Assembly: GCA_002839505.1 (NCBI GenBank) | Contig: PGYE01000001.1 | Coordinates: 230,459 to 294,458 of the forward strand | From: Candidatus Peregrinibacteria bacterium HGW-Peregrinibacteria-1 | Lineage (GTDB): Bacteria > Patescibacteriota > Gracilibacteria > UBA1369 > LOWO2-01-FULL-3 | Length of the DNA: 64,000 nt | Direction: 5' to 3' | Shown: piece by piece, positions 10,068-20,200 of the stretch | Position numbering within the stretch: the stretch's first letter is position 1 | Layout: each line of letters begins with the position of its first letter | The notes under the pieces: model-generated | The model's database searches: none | Told to the model about the DNA's origin: nothing | What the model saw: the letters and a program-made list of their open reading frames with translations, nothing else | Program-made: the position numbers and the translations under genes

Positions 10068-11437
10068 AGCCCCTTCACCACCTCCCTAAACCTCTCACCG
10101 CGCTCCTTATAACTCGAATACAGGTCAAAACTCGAACTACCGGGTGACATCACAATCACACCCTTTTTCAAAAACTCTCTCGCCTTATCAATCGCCTCCT
10201 TCAAATCATCCGCTGTCATCACTAAAGTCGCACTTCCCAGTGCATCCCCCAGACGCTCCTTGGCATCTTCAATTTCATTCTGCATCTTCTCCGTCGTATC
10301 CCCAACCAAAACCACCGCTCTCAAACTCTTGTCCAACAATATCTTCAACGCCCAATTCTTATAATCCAGCCCCTTGTCAAAACCGCCTGCAATTAGAACC
10401 ATATCCTCATCAAAAGCGTCCACCGCTGCAACTGAGGTCTCCGGCGTAGTCGAAAACGAATCATTAAAATACCGTACCCCGTCGACCTCCCTCACAAACT
10501 CCAACCTATGCGGAAGCCCTTTAAACGCCACCACCGCCTCATTTATCACACTATTCTCCACTCCCAGCTCCTTCGTAATAACCACCGCCGGCATCACATT
10601 TTCCAAATTATGCCTTCCTACCAAGCCAATATCGGCCACCTCCACCACTCTCTCCATCTCCCCATCCTTCGCATACCACACCGCCTCATCCCTCACAAAA
10701 GCCCCGTCCGCCACCTCATGCTCCATGCTCACCAACTTCAGCGCCCCCTTCACCAACTTCTTATAATAATTCACATACTCATAATCATCGTTCAGCACCG
10801 CCACTCCATTCTCATTCTGATGCATCAAAAGACTCTCCTTCGCCCTCAAATACTCACCCCGATCCTCATGATAGTCCAAATGATCCTCCGTCGTATTCAA
10901 AAACACCCCAAACTTCGGACTCTTCTTCATATCCTGCAACTGAAAACTCGAAAGCTCCAACACCACAAGATCATCACCCTTCAAATCATCCAAAAACTCA
11001 ATCGCCGGCAAACCGATATTTCCACCCAGATAAACCGATCGCCCCGCCTTCTTCAAAATCTCATAAATCAAAGTACTCGTCGTCCCCTTCCCCTTTGTCC
11101 CCGTCACACCAATTATCGGACACGGACAATGATCCACAAAAAACGCCGTCACACTCGTCACAACCACACCTCTATTCACAGCTTTCTGAATCTCCGGCTC
11201 CAAAAACTTCACCCCCGGACTCCTAAAAATCACATCAAAATCACCCAAATCCTTCAAATAATTCTCCCCCAGTCTCACCGAAACACCATTCGGCATCCGA
11301 TCCTCAATATCCACACTCGCATCACACACCGTCACATTCCCATAATGTTTACTCACCAGCCAATTCAACATCGCCACCCCCTCCAAACCATACCCCAAAA
11401 TCGCAATTTTACTTTCTTTTGTAAGCATAAAAAACAA
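10064..11437 (-). CDS. murD: UDP-N-acetylmuramoylalanine--D-glutamate ligase
   Basis: 457 aa. Mur ligase P-loop GVTGTKGKGTTSTL, a MurD-type Rossmann N-terminus (IAILGYGLEG) and a C-terminal SPGSSSFD. Confidence 0.9.
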   Translation of the reverse strand: MFFMLTKESKIAILGYGLEGVAMLNWLVSKHYGNVTVCDASVDIEDRMPNGVSVRLGENYLKDLGDFDVIFRSPGVKFLEPEIQKAVNRGVVVTSVTAFFVDHCPCPIIGVTGTKGKGTTSTLIYEILKKAGRSVYLGGNIGLPAIEFLDDLKGDDLVVLELSSFQLQDMKKSPKFGVFLNTTEDHLDYHEDRGEYLRAKESLLMHQNENGVAVLNDDYEYVNYYKKLVKGALKLVSMEHEVADGAFVRDEAVWYAKDGEMERVVEVADIGLVGRHNLENVMPAVVITKELGVENSVINEAVVAFKGLPHRLEFVREVDGVRYFNDSFSTTPETSVAAVDAFDEDMVLIAGGFDKGLDYKNWALKILLDKSLRAVVLVGDTTEKMQNEIEDAKERLGDALGSATLVMTADDLKEAIDKAREFLKKGVIVMSPGSSSFDLYSSYKERGERFREVVKGL

Positions 11438-11561
11438 CTTAAATTATCAACACCCCCACAATAACACAGCCCCACCCCCTCACCCCAACAAATTTGCTAT
11501 ATTATTCTAATGTAGAATGCGAGTACAATGGATCCCGTAAAAAACCCTCACAAACTACACA

Positions 11562-14500
11562 ATGATTAAAATAAAAAAAACTCCCATTATAGCGGGTATA
11601 GGCATCTCGATCGCGGTCTTTTTGGTATCAGTAATTTCCACAATTGCCCAACCAATGATAACTTCTGACAATTGGAGTGCGCTAGGAGAACCCGGAGATG
11701 GATTTGACCAGGGTGTTTTCGCCCTTGAGGTTGATAGCCAAGGCCTCTTATACGCCGGAGGCGCATTTGCAAATGTAGTTGGAGGTCCAGAAGCAAATAA
11801 TATCGCCATGTGGGACGGACAGACCTGGACTCCTCTCGGAAGCGGATTAAATAATACCGTAAACTCAATTGCCATTGACTCACAGGACAACATTTATGTA
11901 ACCGGTACTTTTACTGAAGCTGGAGGAGTTAGCGCAAATTTCATTGCCATGTGGGACGGACAGACTTGGTCTCCTCTCGGTAGCGGTCTTGGCAACCCAG
12001 GTAACACACTGACAATAGACGCTCAGGACAATCTTTATGTAGGAGGCACTTTCACCACAGCTGGTGGAGTTAACGCAAATTATATTGCCATGTGGGACGG
12101 ACAGACCTGGTCGTCCCTTGGAAGTGGCTTACAAAACACCGTAATGAAAATTGACATCGATTCTCAAGGAAGCGTTTACGCCACTGGACATTTCACGGCA
12201 GCCGGAGGAAATGCTGCAAATTATGTTGCAAAATGGGATGGCGTGTCATGGTCTTCACTGGGTGCCGGGCTTAGCGCTGGTGCCATTTCCTTGACTATCG
12301 ATTCACAAGACAATGTATATGTGGGCGGTTATTTTCAAAATGCCGGAGATCCGGCAGTGCTGGTTAACTTTATCGCCATGTGGGACGGACAAGAGTGGTT
12401 GCCACTGACCGAAGGCGCTTCAGTAGGAACAACCAGCCCCGTGCATGCTCTTAATATAGACAGCCAAGACAACCTCTATGTTGGAGGTGAATTTACCTTT
12501 GCTGGAGGCAAATCGTCAAAATACATTGCCGTGTGGGACGGCTTAGCATGGAGAACTTTTGACTCTGTTGTGGGCGTAAGTATTTACGATTTAGCCCTTG
12601 ATGGAGACAATCTCCTTTACGCTGGAGGAAGCTTTACTATGGCCGGGGGCCAATCCACGCCTAATATTGCACAATGTGTAGATTGTCTTAATCCGCCACC
12701 ATTACTGGACACACCTACCAATCTCATATTCACTACAGTTTCTTCTAAGACACTAGAGCTTTCGTGGGACACTGTCGCCAATGCTACACATTACACAATA
12801 GTAAATTCAGTCGGAGCTGATATCGAAACCGAGGAAACCACATATAATTTCACCGGACTTACCGCTAATACTGAATACACCTTTACCGTCAAAGCGCACG
12901 ATCAATACGACCAAGAAAGTGCCTTGTCGGCCCAAGCCGCCTTCACGACCACAGCCATATCAGCCGAAGACTTCATAGATAACCATAACGATGGTTTATT
13001 AACAGACTGGACAATACATGGGAATAGAACATGGAGCGAAGTGGGAAATAGGGCGGTATCAAATGTTGCAGGCTCATCTGGATTCCTGATAAGCAATATG
13101 GACATCGGGGGAAACGGAGTCTGGGAAGCATTGATCGCTAAAACTTTCCCTTGGAGCAACCCGACAGATGGGTCTATCACCGGAGGACTAATACTGAGGT
13201 TCACCGATCAGGACAATTATTATTTTGTGTCGCCTTATATTTCCAGCTTGTTCGGAGCCAGCCCTCAGAATGTACTGCAATTCTGTGTGAATTCACTAAT
13301 TAATCAGGCGCCCGCCCAATGCTCCAATGTTGCCTCCGACATCAATTTCAACGGAGACACATTTCTTTTAGGGATCAAGGCTGTGGATGATGAGTTTACA
13401 TTTTTTATCAACGGAGAAGAAGTCGGCACCCATATTGACGACACTCATCCTGCTGGAAAAGTTGGATATGGACAGTACGGAACATGGTCCGGCCCCACTC
13501 CCACATTTGGCACCGCCTCTTGGTACGAGATTAACACTATTGACTCGCCACCATCTCCGCCCGCCAATCTAATAGCCTCCAGTGTCACCTCAGCATCCAT
13601 GACCCTAAGCTGGGATTTGGTCGAAGGAGCTGTATCGTATGTCATTATCAACTCTGCCGGAGAAGACATCGAAACTCTCAACACTGAATATACCTTCGAA
13701 AACCTGACCCCAAATACTGAATATGATTTTCAGGTAAAGGCCATCGACGCCAATGAATTTGTAAGTGAATTAAGCGACACTATTAGTTCATACACCGCTC
13801 CTTCAATCCCCGGGATCCCAGACGCTGAACCAAACGGACAAACAAGCATGATAGTCTCATGGAGCAACAACGAAAACCCCGCGGAAACAGTCTACGAAAT
13901 ATACAGCGATTTAACCGAAGAAATTATTGGAAGTACTACGGCTACGACCTATCTCGCAACTGGCCTTACTCCAAACACATCATATCAGTTCACAATACGC
14001 GCCCAATCATTCGCCAATGAAGAAAACTGGTCGGAATATTCCGACGCTTCGGAAATAGTCGCTACCGAAGCCGTCAGCAATCAAGTTCAAGTCAAATTGA
14101 TACAAGGGGCCGCCCCAATTACCTACGCCCTCGCGGCAAGGCCTGAGCAAAGCCATACTGTAACCATAACCGCAATCAATGAGGGGGTAGCGACCTTAAC
14201 CATAGAGTCCGACCCAGTGACCGTCAACCTGGCAGCTGGAGAAAGCGAAAATATCGACACCGACGGTAATGGGATTAATGACACAACGGTACAAATGCAG
14301 GAAGTTGGCGAAGATTATGCCCTGTTCCAGCTATTAACCTATACCCCACCGACTATCAGCGCCGGAAGTGGTGGCGGACTACTCTTTCCCTTAGGGCAAG
14401 CTTCAATCGGCGATACTCAACAGCAGCCCTCCGAAACAACATCAGCCTTTCCTGACACGGCCGGCCATTGGGGAGAAATCTACATTCAGGAACTTAAAGA

Positions 14501-14987
14501 CAAAGGAATCATACAAGGAAGAGAAGACGGCAAATTCTATCCAGACGCACCTATAACCAGGGCCGAGCTATTAAAAATCATCTTGGAATCTGACGAAACT
14601 ACTCTCTTGGAAGTCACAGAAGCTTCATTTTCAGATGTCGAAAGTGATACATGGTACGCAACATATATCGAAACCGCACTTCACCTGCAATACATAGAAG
14701 GCTACGAAGATGGAACATTTAAACCAAACGATCCTATCAACCGCGCCGAATCTCTTGCCATGATCCTTAAGGCATCCCAAATTCCTCTCGAATTTGAGAC
14801 AAGCTTTACCTTTCACGACACGCTAAACACGGCTTGGTATGGGGATTTACTGTCATTTGCAGTCGAAAAAAAGATTATTAACGGGTACCAAAATGGCAAC
14901 TTTGGACCAAGCGACAGTCTCACCAGGGCCCAAGCAGCCAAAATCAAACATTATGTATCTCAAATAAAAGCAGGAATATCGCCATAG
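11562..14987 (+). CDS. Secreted giant surface protein: beta-propeller repeats, FN3 domains, lectin/glucanase-like module, 3 C-terminal SLH-type repeats
   Basis: 1141 aa with an N-terminal signal/TM (IIAGIGISIAVFLVSVI). About 6 repeats of ...GGxFTxAGGxxANYIAMWDGQTWSxLGSGL... Several FN3-like units (LTPNTEYxFxVKA). C-terminal FxDxxxHW...GYxDGxFxPxxxITRAE x3 (SLH). Confidence 0.85.
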   Translation: MIKIKKTPIIAGIGISIAVFLVSVISTIAQPMITSDNWSALGEPGDGFDQGVFALEVDSQGLLYAGGAFANVVGGPEANNIAMWDGQTWTPLGSGLNNTVNSIAIDSQDNIYVTGTFTEAGGVSANFIAMWDGQTWSPLGSGLGNPGNTLTIDAQDNLYVGGTFTTAGGVNANYIAMWDGQTWSSLGSGLQNTVMKIDIDSQGSVYATGHFTAAGGNAANYVAKWDGVSWSSLGAGLSAGAISLTIDSQDNVYVGGYFQNAGDPAVLVNFIAMWDGQEWLPLTEGASVGTTSPVHALNIDSQDNLYVGGEFTFAGGKSSKYIAVWDGLAWRTFDSVVGVSIYDLALDGDNLLYAGGSFTMAGGQSTPNIAQCVDCLNPPPLLDTPTNLIFTTVSSKTLELSWDTVANATHYTIVNSVGADIETEETTYNFTGLTANTEYTFTVKAHDQYDQESALSAQAAFTTTAISAEDFIDNHNDGLLTDWTIHGNRTWSEVGNRAVSNVAGSSGFLISNMDIGGNGVWEALIAKTFPWSNPTDGSITGGLILRFTDQDNYYFVSPYISSLFGASPQNVLQFCVNSLINQAPAQCSNVASDINFNGDTFLLGIKAVDDEFTFFINGEEVGTHIDDTHPAGKVGYGQYGTWSGPTPTFGTASWYEINTIDSPPSPPANLIASSVTSASMTLSWDLVEGAVSYVIINSAGEDIETLNTEYTFENLTPNTEYDFQVKAIDANEFVSELSDTISSYTAPSIPGIPDAEPNGQTSMIVSWSNNENPAETVYEIYSDLTEEIIGSTTATTYLATGLTPNTSYQFTIRAQSFANEENWSEYSDASEIVATEAVSNQVQVKLIQGAAPITYALAARPEQSHTVTITAINEGVATLTIESDPVTVNLAAGESENIDTDGNGINDTTVQMQEVGEDYALFQLLTYTPPTISAGSGGGLLFPLGQASIGDTQQQPSETTSAFPDTAGHWGEIYIQELKDKGIIQGREDGKFYPDAPITRAELLKIILESDETTLLEVTEASFSDVESDTWYATYIETALHLQYIEGYEDGTFKPNDPINRAESLAMILKASQIPLEFETSFTFHDTLNTAWYGDLLSFAVEKKIINGYQNGNFGPSDSLTRAQAAKIKHYVSQIKAGISP

Positions 14988-15078
14988 TACATTTCAACCC
15001 CACCTTTACATTTTGCCCAATTACTGATAGCATTAACTCATATTGTGGTCGGACACGAATATATTGTTAATAAAAAAT

Positions 15079-17106
15079 ATGGATAAGATCGAAGAATGGA
15101 TGAAGAGAACTCTTGGTGCACCCGCACAAAGCAAATCTCCCGAACAAAAATCCAACACGCCAGAACAAAACAAAAAGGCCCCTTTCAAAAAGAGGAAACC
15201 CCAAAGAAGCTGGTTCAAAAAGGACAAGCCCGCTGGTTCAACTACGCCTGCGAACAGCAATGCTCACAAAAGCGGTAATTCTGCAAACCCACGACCGCAA
15301 AACAGAAATAACCGCCACCGTAACAAAAAGACCAACAACTCTCAAGAAATCCTCACCGTTTCCAACGCCAAAACAGGACACAGGCGTATAATCGCCCCCA
15401 AAAAAGCTAAACAATACCCAATCCTCAAAGGTAAACTCAAGATTATTCCACTTGGTGGACTTAATGAAGTCGGTAAAAACATGACCGCCCTCGAATATGA
15501 AGATGACATCATAATCATCGACATGGGCTTCGAATTCCCAAAAGACGACCTGCTCGGAATTGACTATGTCATCCCCGATATCAGCTATCTCGAGGAAAAG
15601 AAAAACAACATTCGCGGCGTACTCCTGACCCACGCCCATCTTGACCACATCGGAGGAATCCCCTACATGCTGCCAAAACTCGACTTCCCGCCAGTTTTTG
15701 GAACCAAACTAACAATCGGTTTTGTAAAACACCGTCTCGAAGAATTCAAACAAGAAAAATTCGCTGATCTACGCGTAATCAACACTGACGACAAAGTCAA
15801 ACTCGGTAAATTCCTCGTCTCTTTCTTCCGTGTCATGCACTCCATCCCCGACTGTGTCGGAATGGTCTTTGACACACCGGTTGGAAAAGTTGTCACCCCT
15901 GGAGATTTCAAATTCGACGACTACCCAGCCCGCAACATGCTTCCCGCTGAAATGGACAAAATCACCGCTCTCGGTAATCAAAACATCTTGGCAATGCTCT
16001 GCGAATCCACCAATGCCACCAAGCCGGGACACACCATATCTGAAAAACAAATCGGCGAAGCCCTCGAACAAATTGTTGCCGACACCGACAAGCGTCTGAT
16101 TGTCGCCTCTTTCTCCAGTCAAGTCAGCCGTATCCAGCAAGTTATCGACGCCTGCGTCAAAAGCAATCGCAAAGTGTTTATTAGTGGTCGCAGCATGCGC
16201 AACAACATCGAAATCTGTGTTGATCTCGGCTATTTAATGATTCCAAATGGGCTAATTCAGGACATAAAGAAATATGACCCCAAGAAAAACCCCGACTCCC
16301 AAACGCTGATCCTCACAACCGGATCACAAGGAGAACCGGTCGCCGCTCTTGCCCGCATGGCCCGCAATGACCACCCCAACATTAAGATCAAAAAAGGTGA
16401 CACCATCGTACTCAGCTCATCTCCGATCATCGGAAACGAACTAAGTGTCAACACCGTCATCAATCAACTCTGCATCATGGGAGCCAAGGTTATCAACAAC
16501 CAGATGAAAGAAATTCACACCTCCGGCCACGCCAAACAAGACGAGCTCATCGAAATGCTCAAATACGTAAAACCTAAGTACCTCATCCCAATTCACGGCG
16601 AATACTACATGCGCCAGGCTCTAGCCACCCTTGCCACTGAATTCTGCGACATTCCCGAGGAAAACATCATCATGCTCCAAAACGGCGAAATCGTCGAAGC
16701 CGGCACTGATCGCAAACTCACAGTTTCCAAAGAAACCATCGAAACAAAATACATCCTTATTGATGGGAGCGGTGAAGGACAAATGGGTTCACCAGTTATC
16801 GTCGATCGCAAAATGATGTCGCAAAACGGAACCATTATCGCCCTGATAAAAGTGAACAAGAGCAGCGGTAAAATGCTCGGCGAAGCCAGCATAATCACAC
16901 GCGGATTCGTCTACATGCACGAAACCGACGAAGTCATCGGCGACATCAAAAAAATCGCCACCGACGCCTACCGCAACCTCCACCAAAAGAACCCCAAAGC
17001 CGACCGCTACGAAGTCAAACGATACCTCAAACAAAGCATCGACAAATACACCTACAAGCAGCTCTCCCGCTCCCCTCTGATTATTCCGATTATCATCGAC
17101 TGCTAA
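15079..17106 (+). CDS. rnj: Ribonuclease J with a ~118-aa basic N-terminal extension
   Basis: Metallo-beta-lactamase/beta-CASP fold with HAHLDHIGG, and HTSGHA near the C-terminal part. The ORF-track start (15043) is TTG; the first ATG is at 15079. Confidence 0.9.
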   Translation: MDKIEEWMKRTLGAPAQSKSPEQKSNTPEQNKKAPFKKRKPQRSWFKKDKPAGSTTPANSNAHKSGNSANPRPQNRNNRHRNKKTNNSQEILTVSNAKTGHRRIIAPKKAKQYPILKGKLKIIPLGGLNEVGKNMTALEYEDDIIIIDMGFEFPKDDLLGIDYVIPDISYLEEKKNNIRGVLLTHAHLDHIGGIPYMLPKLDFPPVFGTKLTIGFVKHRLEEFKQEKFADLRVINTDDKVKLGKFLVSFFRVMHSIPDCVGMVFDTPVGKVVTPGDFKFDDYPARNMLPAEMDKITALGNQNILAMLCESTNATKPGHTISEKQIGEALEQIVADTDKRLIVASFSSQVSRIQQVIDACVKSNRKVFISGRSMRNNIEICVDLGYLMIPNGLIQDIKKYDPKKNPDSQTLILTTGSQGEPVAALARMARNDHPNIKIKKGDTIVLSSSPIIGNELSVNTVINQLCIMGAKVINNQMKEIHTSGHAKQDELIEMLKYVKPKYLIPIHGEYYMRQALATLATEFCDIPEENIIMLQNGEIVEAGTDRKLTVSKETIETKYILIDGSGEGQMGSPVIVDRKMMSQNGTIIALIKVNKSSGKMLGEASIITRGFVYMHETDEVIGDIKKIATDAYRNLHQKNPKADRYEVKRYLKQSIDKYTYKQLSRSPLIIPIIIDC

Positions 17107-17141
17107 TCCCCCACGCATAGCCCTTAAAAGGCACACCTCCC

Positions 17142-17173
17142 AAAGAGACTCCTGCAAAGCGAGTCTCTTTTTT
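17142..17173 (+). terminator. Rho-independent terminator after rnj
   Basis: 10-bp stem aaagagactc (17142-17151) / gagtctcttt (17161-17170), 9-nt loop, T-run 17168-17173. Confidence 0.8.
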
Positions 17174-17287
17174 GTATCTACATATTCCGACTACACAAAA
17201 CCACGCAAACAATTTCATTTGGCGAAAAACCCCTTCAATGTTAAAATTGAAAACGATTTGTATCATTTTTTTAACCTCATTCCAAAA

Positions 17288-20200
17288 ATGAAAAACGCAA
17301 AGCTCTATTTAGTAGCTCTGGTGCTGGCACTAGCACCACTTTTTCCAATCACATCCAACGCAATCCTTGTCGACGGGTCCAACGCAGTCGACATGCTCGG
17401 ATTTTATGATGACAACCTTGAAAATCCTTCCCCTGCTTGGGACAAGGTCGACCCCAATGTGCGTAATGGCGGAACCAATCGCCTTGGTATAAGCATTAGC
17501 ACTTCACAGGCAGCCCTTGATTCGGTAAACAATCGATACTTTCTCTTAGACAATGGAAATAACCGTGTCCTTGTGTACAACCTTAATCCTGACAACACTT
17601 TTCCCGATAAAATCCCCGATAATGTAATAGGACAACCCAACTTCTACACAAACACCTCTGCGGTTACGCAGTCCGGACTTAACAGTCCTTCAGGATTAGC
17701 ATATGACGCCATAAATAACCGATTATTTGTCTCTGCTGGCTATGGTATGGCCGGAGGAGCTAGTAGGGTTATGGTATATGATGTCAGCACCATTGAAAAC
17801 GGGCAAGACGCTATCGCTGTACTTGGGCAAGCTAATTTTACCTCCACTGATTCAGCGGTAACAATATCGGGCTTACATGGACCACGCGGGCTTGCATATG
17901 ATGCTGTTAATGAGCGTTTATTTGTAGCACAACAACAGGGGCATAGAGTCAGCATATTTGATGTATCTGAAATAACCAATGGTGAGCCTGCCGTTAATGT
18001 CTTAGGCCAGGTAGATTTCACGTCCAGTACGGGGGCGACTACTGCCGCTGGTCTCAGCAACCCACTTGGCTTGGCATATGATTCTGGCAAAGGTCTTCTA
18101 TTTGTGTCTCAACACGGATTTGGGGGCGCGAGTGGTCCTGCCGCTAATAGAGTTAGTGTTTTTGATGTCAATGTCATAGCCAACGGCGAGGCCGCCGCTA
18201 ATGTTCTCGGGCAAACCCTCTTTACGACTGGTACAGGCGCTGTCACACAGGCTGGCATGTCTGGTCCCAGAGGAATTGCCCACGATCCTGTTAGAGACTA
18301 TCTGTTTGTCTCTAACAGCAGCAGGGTCACGGTCTATGATGTCGCAGCAATAACAAATGGAGAGAATGCCATTGCTGTACTAGGACAAGCGGATTTTACA
18401 TCAAGCACAGGGGGATCTACACAGACAGGCTTATACGGACCAAGTGGTCTAGTATATGATACCGAAAATGATCATTTATTAGTCCTTGACGATAGTAATA
18501 ACCGAGTCATGATCTTTGATGTTGCAACTATTGATAATGGGGAACCAGCTGTCGACCTTATAGGGCAATATGGTGATGACTTACTGAATCCAGAACCCGT
18601 CTACACAAAGAGTGGAGCTAATAATGCCCCCGGCAAGCTTGGATTCAATATTGATCCCTATTATTCCAGTGTTGTACTGGATGATGTCAACCACAGATTT
18701 TTTGTAACAGATACTCAAAATCACAGAGTGCTGGTATATGACCTAAATGAAGACAGCACCTTTCCCGATAGGATCCCCGATTATGTTCTCGGACAACCAA
18801 ACTTCTACTCCAATACTGCGGCCCTAACGCAAGAGGGAATGACCTATCCTCGTGGACTTGCCTATGACTCCGACAATAATCGCTTATTTGTCAGTGAAAG
18901 TACTGGCGCAAATAGAGTCAAAGTTTATGATGTCGCAGAAATAACTAATGGAGAGGCTGCAATTAATGTTCTTGGGCAGGCTGACTTTGTATCAGGAGTC
19001 GACGCTGTCACTCAGGACGGGATGCATAGCCCTATGGGTCTCGCCTATGATGCAACAAATCAAAGATTATTTGTCGCTCAAGACGAAGCCAGTAGGGTAA
19101 CTGTTTATGATGTTGCAGCAATAACTAATGGAGAGGCTGCAATTAATGTTCTTGGGCAGGCCGACTTTGAGACAGTAGATAATACAACCGCCATCAACAG
19201 AATGCGTGCCCCTAAAGGTCTCGCCTATGATGCCGAAAGCGACTTACTCTTTGTAACACAAGCTTCCAAACACCGAGTTACCGTCTATGATGTCGCAGAA
19301 ATAACCAATGGTGAAGATGCCATAGCTGTACTAGGACAACCCGATTTCACTTCTGCTGACGCTCTAACAACTCAGGATGGAATGTATGCTCCTGAAGGAA
19401 TAGCCTATGATCCTGACAACAAGAGATTATTTGTAGCCCAAACTGGATTCGGTGGAATTAGAATAACCGCATATAATGTTGCCGAAATTACCAATGGTGA
19501 AGCCGCTATCAATGTCCTTGGGCAGGCAGACTATGTTTCCGGTGACGACTCTTCGACACAATCCGGATTGAGATATCCGACCGGACTGGCTTACGATGCA
19601 ACCAACAACCGTCTATATGTAAATGATTCAGGCAATCACAGAGTCGTCGCATTTGATGTTGCCGTTGCAAACTCCCCCACCGAAGTAGCAGCCCAAGCAA
19701 ACGGCCCTAATGCCGCTAAGCTGACCTGGGACGCTAATGAAAACTTAGAAGAAACCGAATACCAGGTATACAACACCTCAACTTCCGAAGTAGTCGCCAC
19801 AACAACTAATACCAGCGCGGTAGTGGCAGGATTGACGCCAAGCACCGAATATACCTTCACAGTGAGAGCGATCTCACTTGCGGATGGAGAAAGTTATGTT
19901 GAATCCGAAGAGGTTTCAGTCACGACTGCTGCACTATCCACATCAATCACCATGACACTTGCGATTGGAGAATCAGCTGGATTCAGTTTTGCCGGAGTTG
20001 GAGAAGCACACACTGTTGCAATTGATGATATAGATGACAGTACACCGGAAGCACCAATCGCCGAAATGACAATCACATCAGAGCCTGTGACCGTAAATCT
20101 TGGAGTCGGATCCAGCGAGACAATCGACACCAACGGCGACGGACACAGCGAAACCACAGTACTAATCAACAGCGTTGACACCGGAAGCAACGAGGTAAAC

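Noticed and set aside
10508-11464. Very long ORFs antisense or out of frame to known genes. Examples: 318 aa antisense to murD; 4317-4757 and 4319-4753 over def; 8051-8362 over prfB; 21840-22547 over clpB; 48690-49304 over guaA; 50312-51142 over lysS; 62015-62587 over ppdK.
   Set aside because: Their translations are low-complexity (H/I/L/P/Q/R/T/S-rich). They coincide with strongly supported genes. They are explained by the depletion of G and T, and hence of stop codons, on the plus strand.
15043-15078. N-terminal extensions in the ORF track that begin at TTG or upstream ATG codons. Cases: rnj 15043; NHL protein 17219; methyltransferase 40160; 39999 ORF; TrmB-like 40577; RRM 41371; HTH 45056; lysS 51478; yraN 53052; recA 58976.
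   Set aside because: The extensions run into neighbouring genes, promoters or inverted repeats, or they precede a canonical N-terminus or signal peptide that starts at an internal ATG. The shorter coordinates were used instead.
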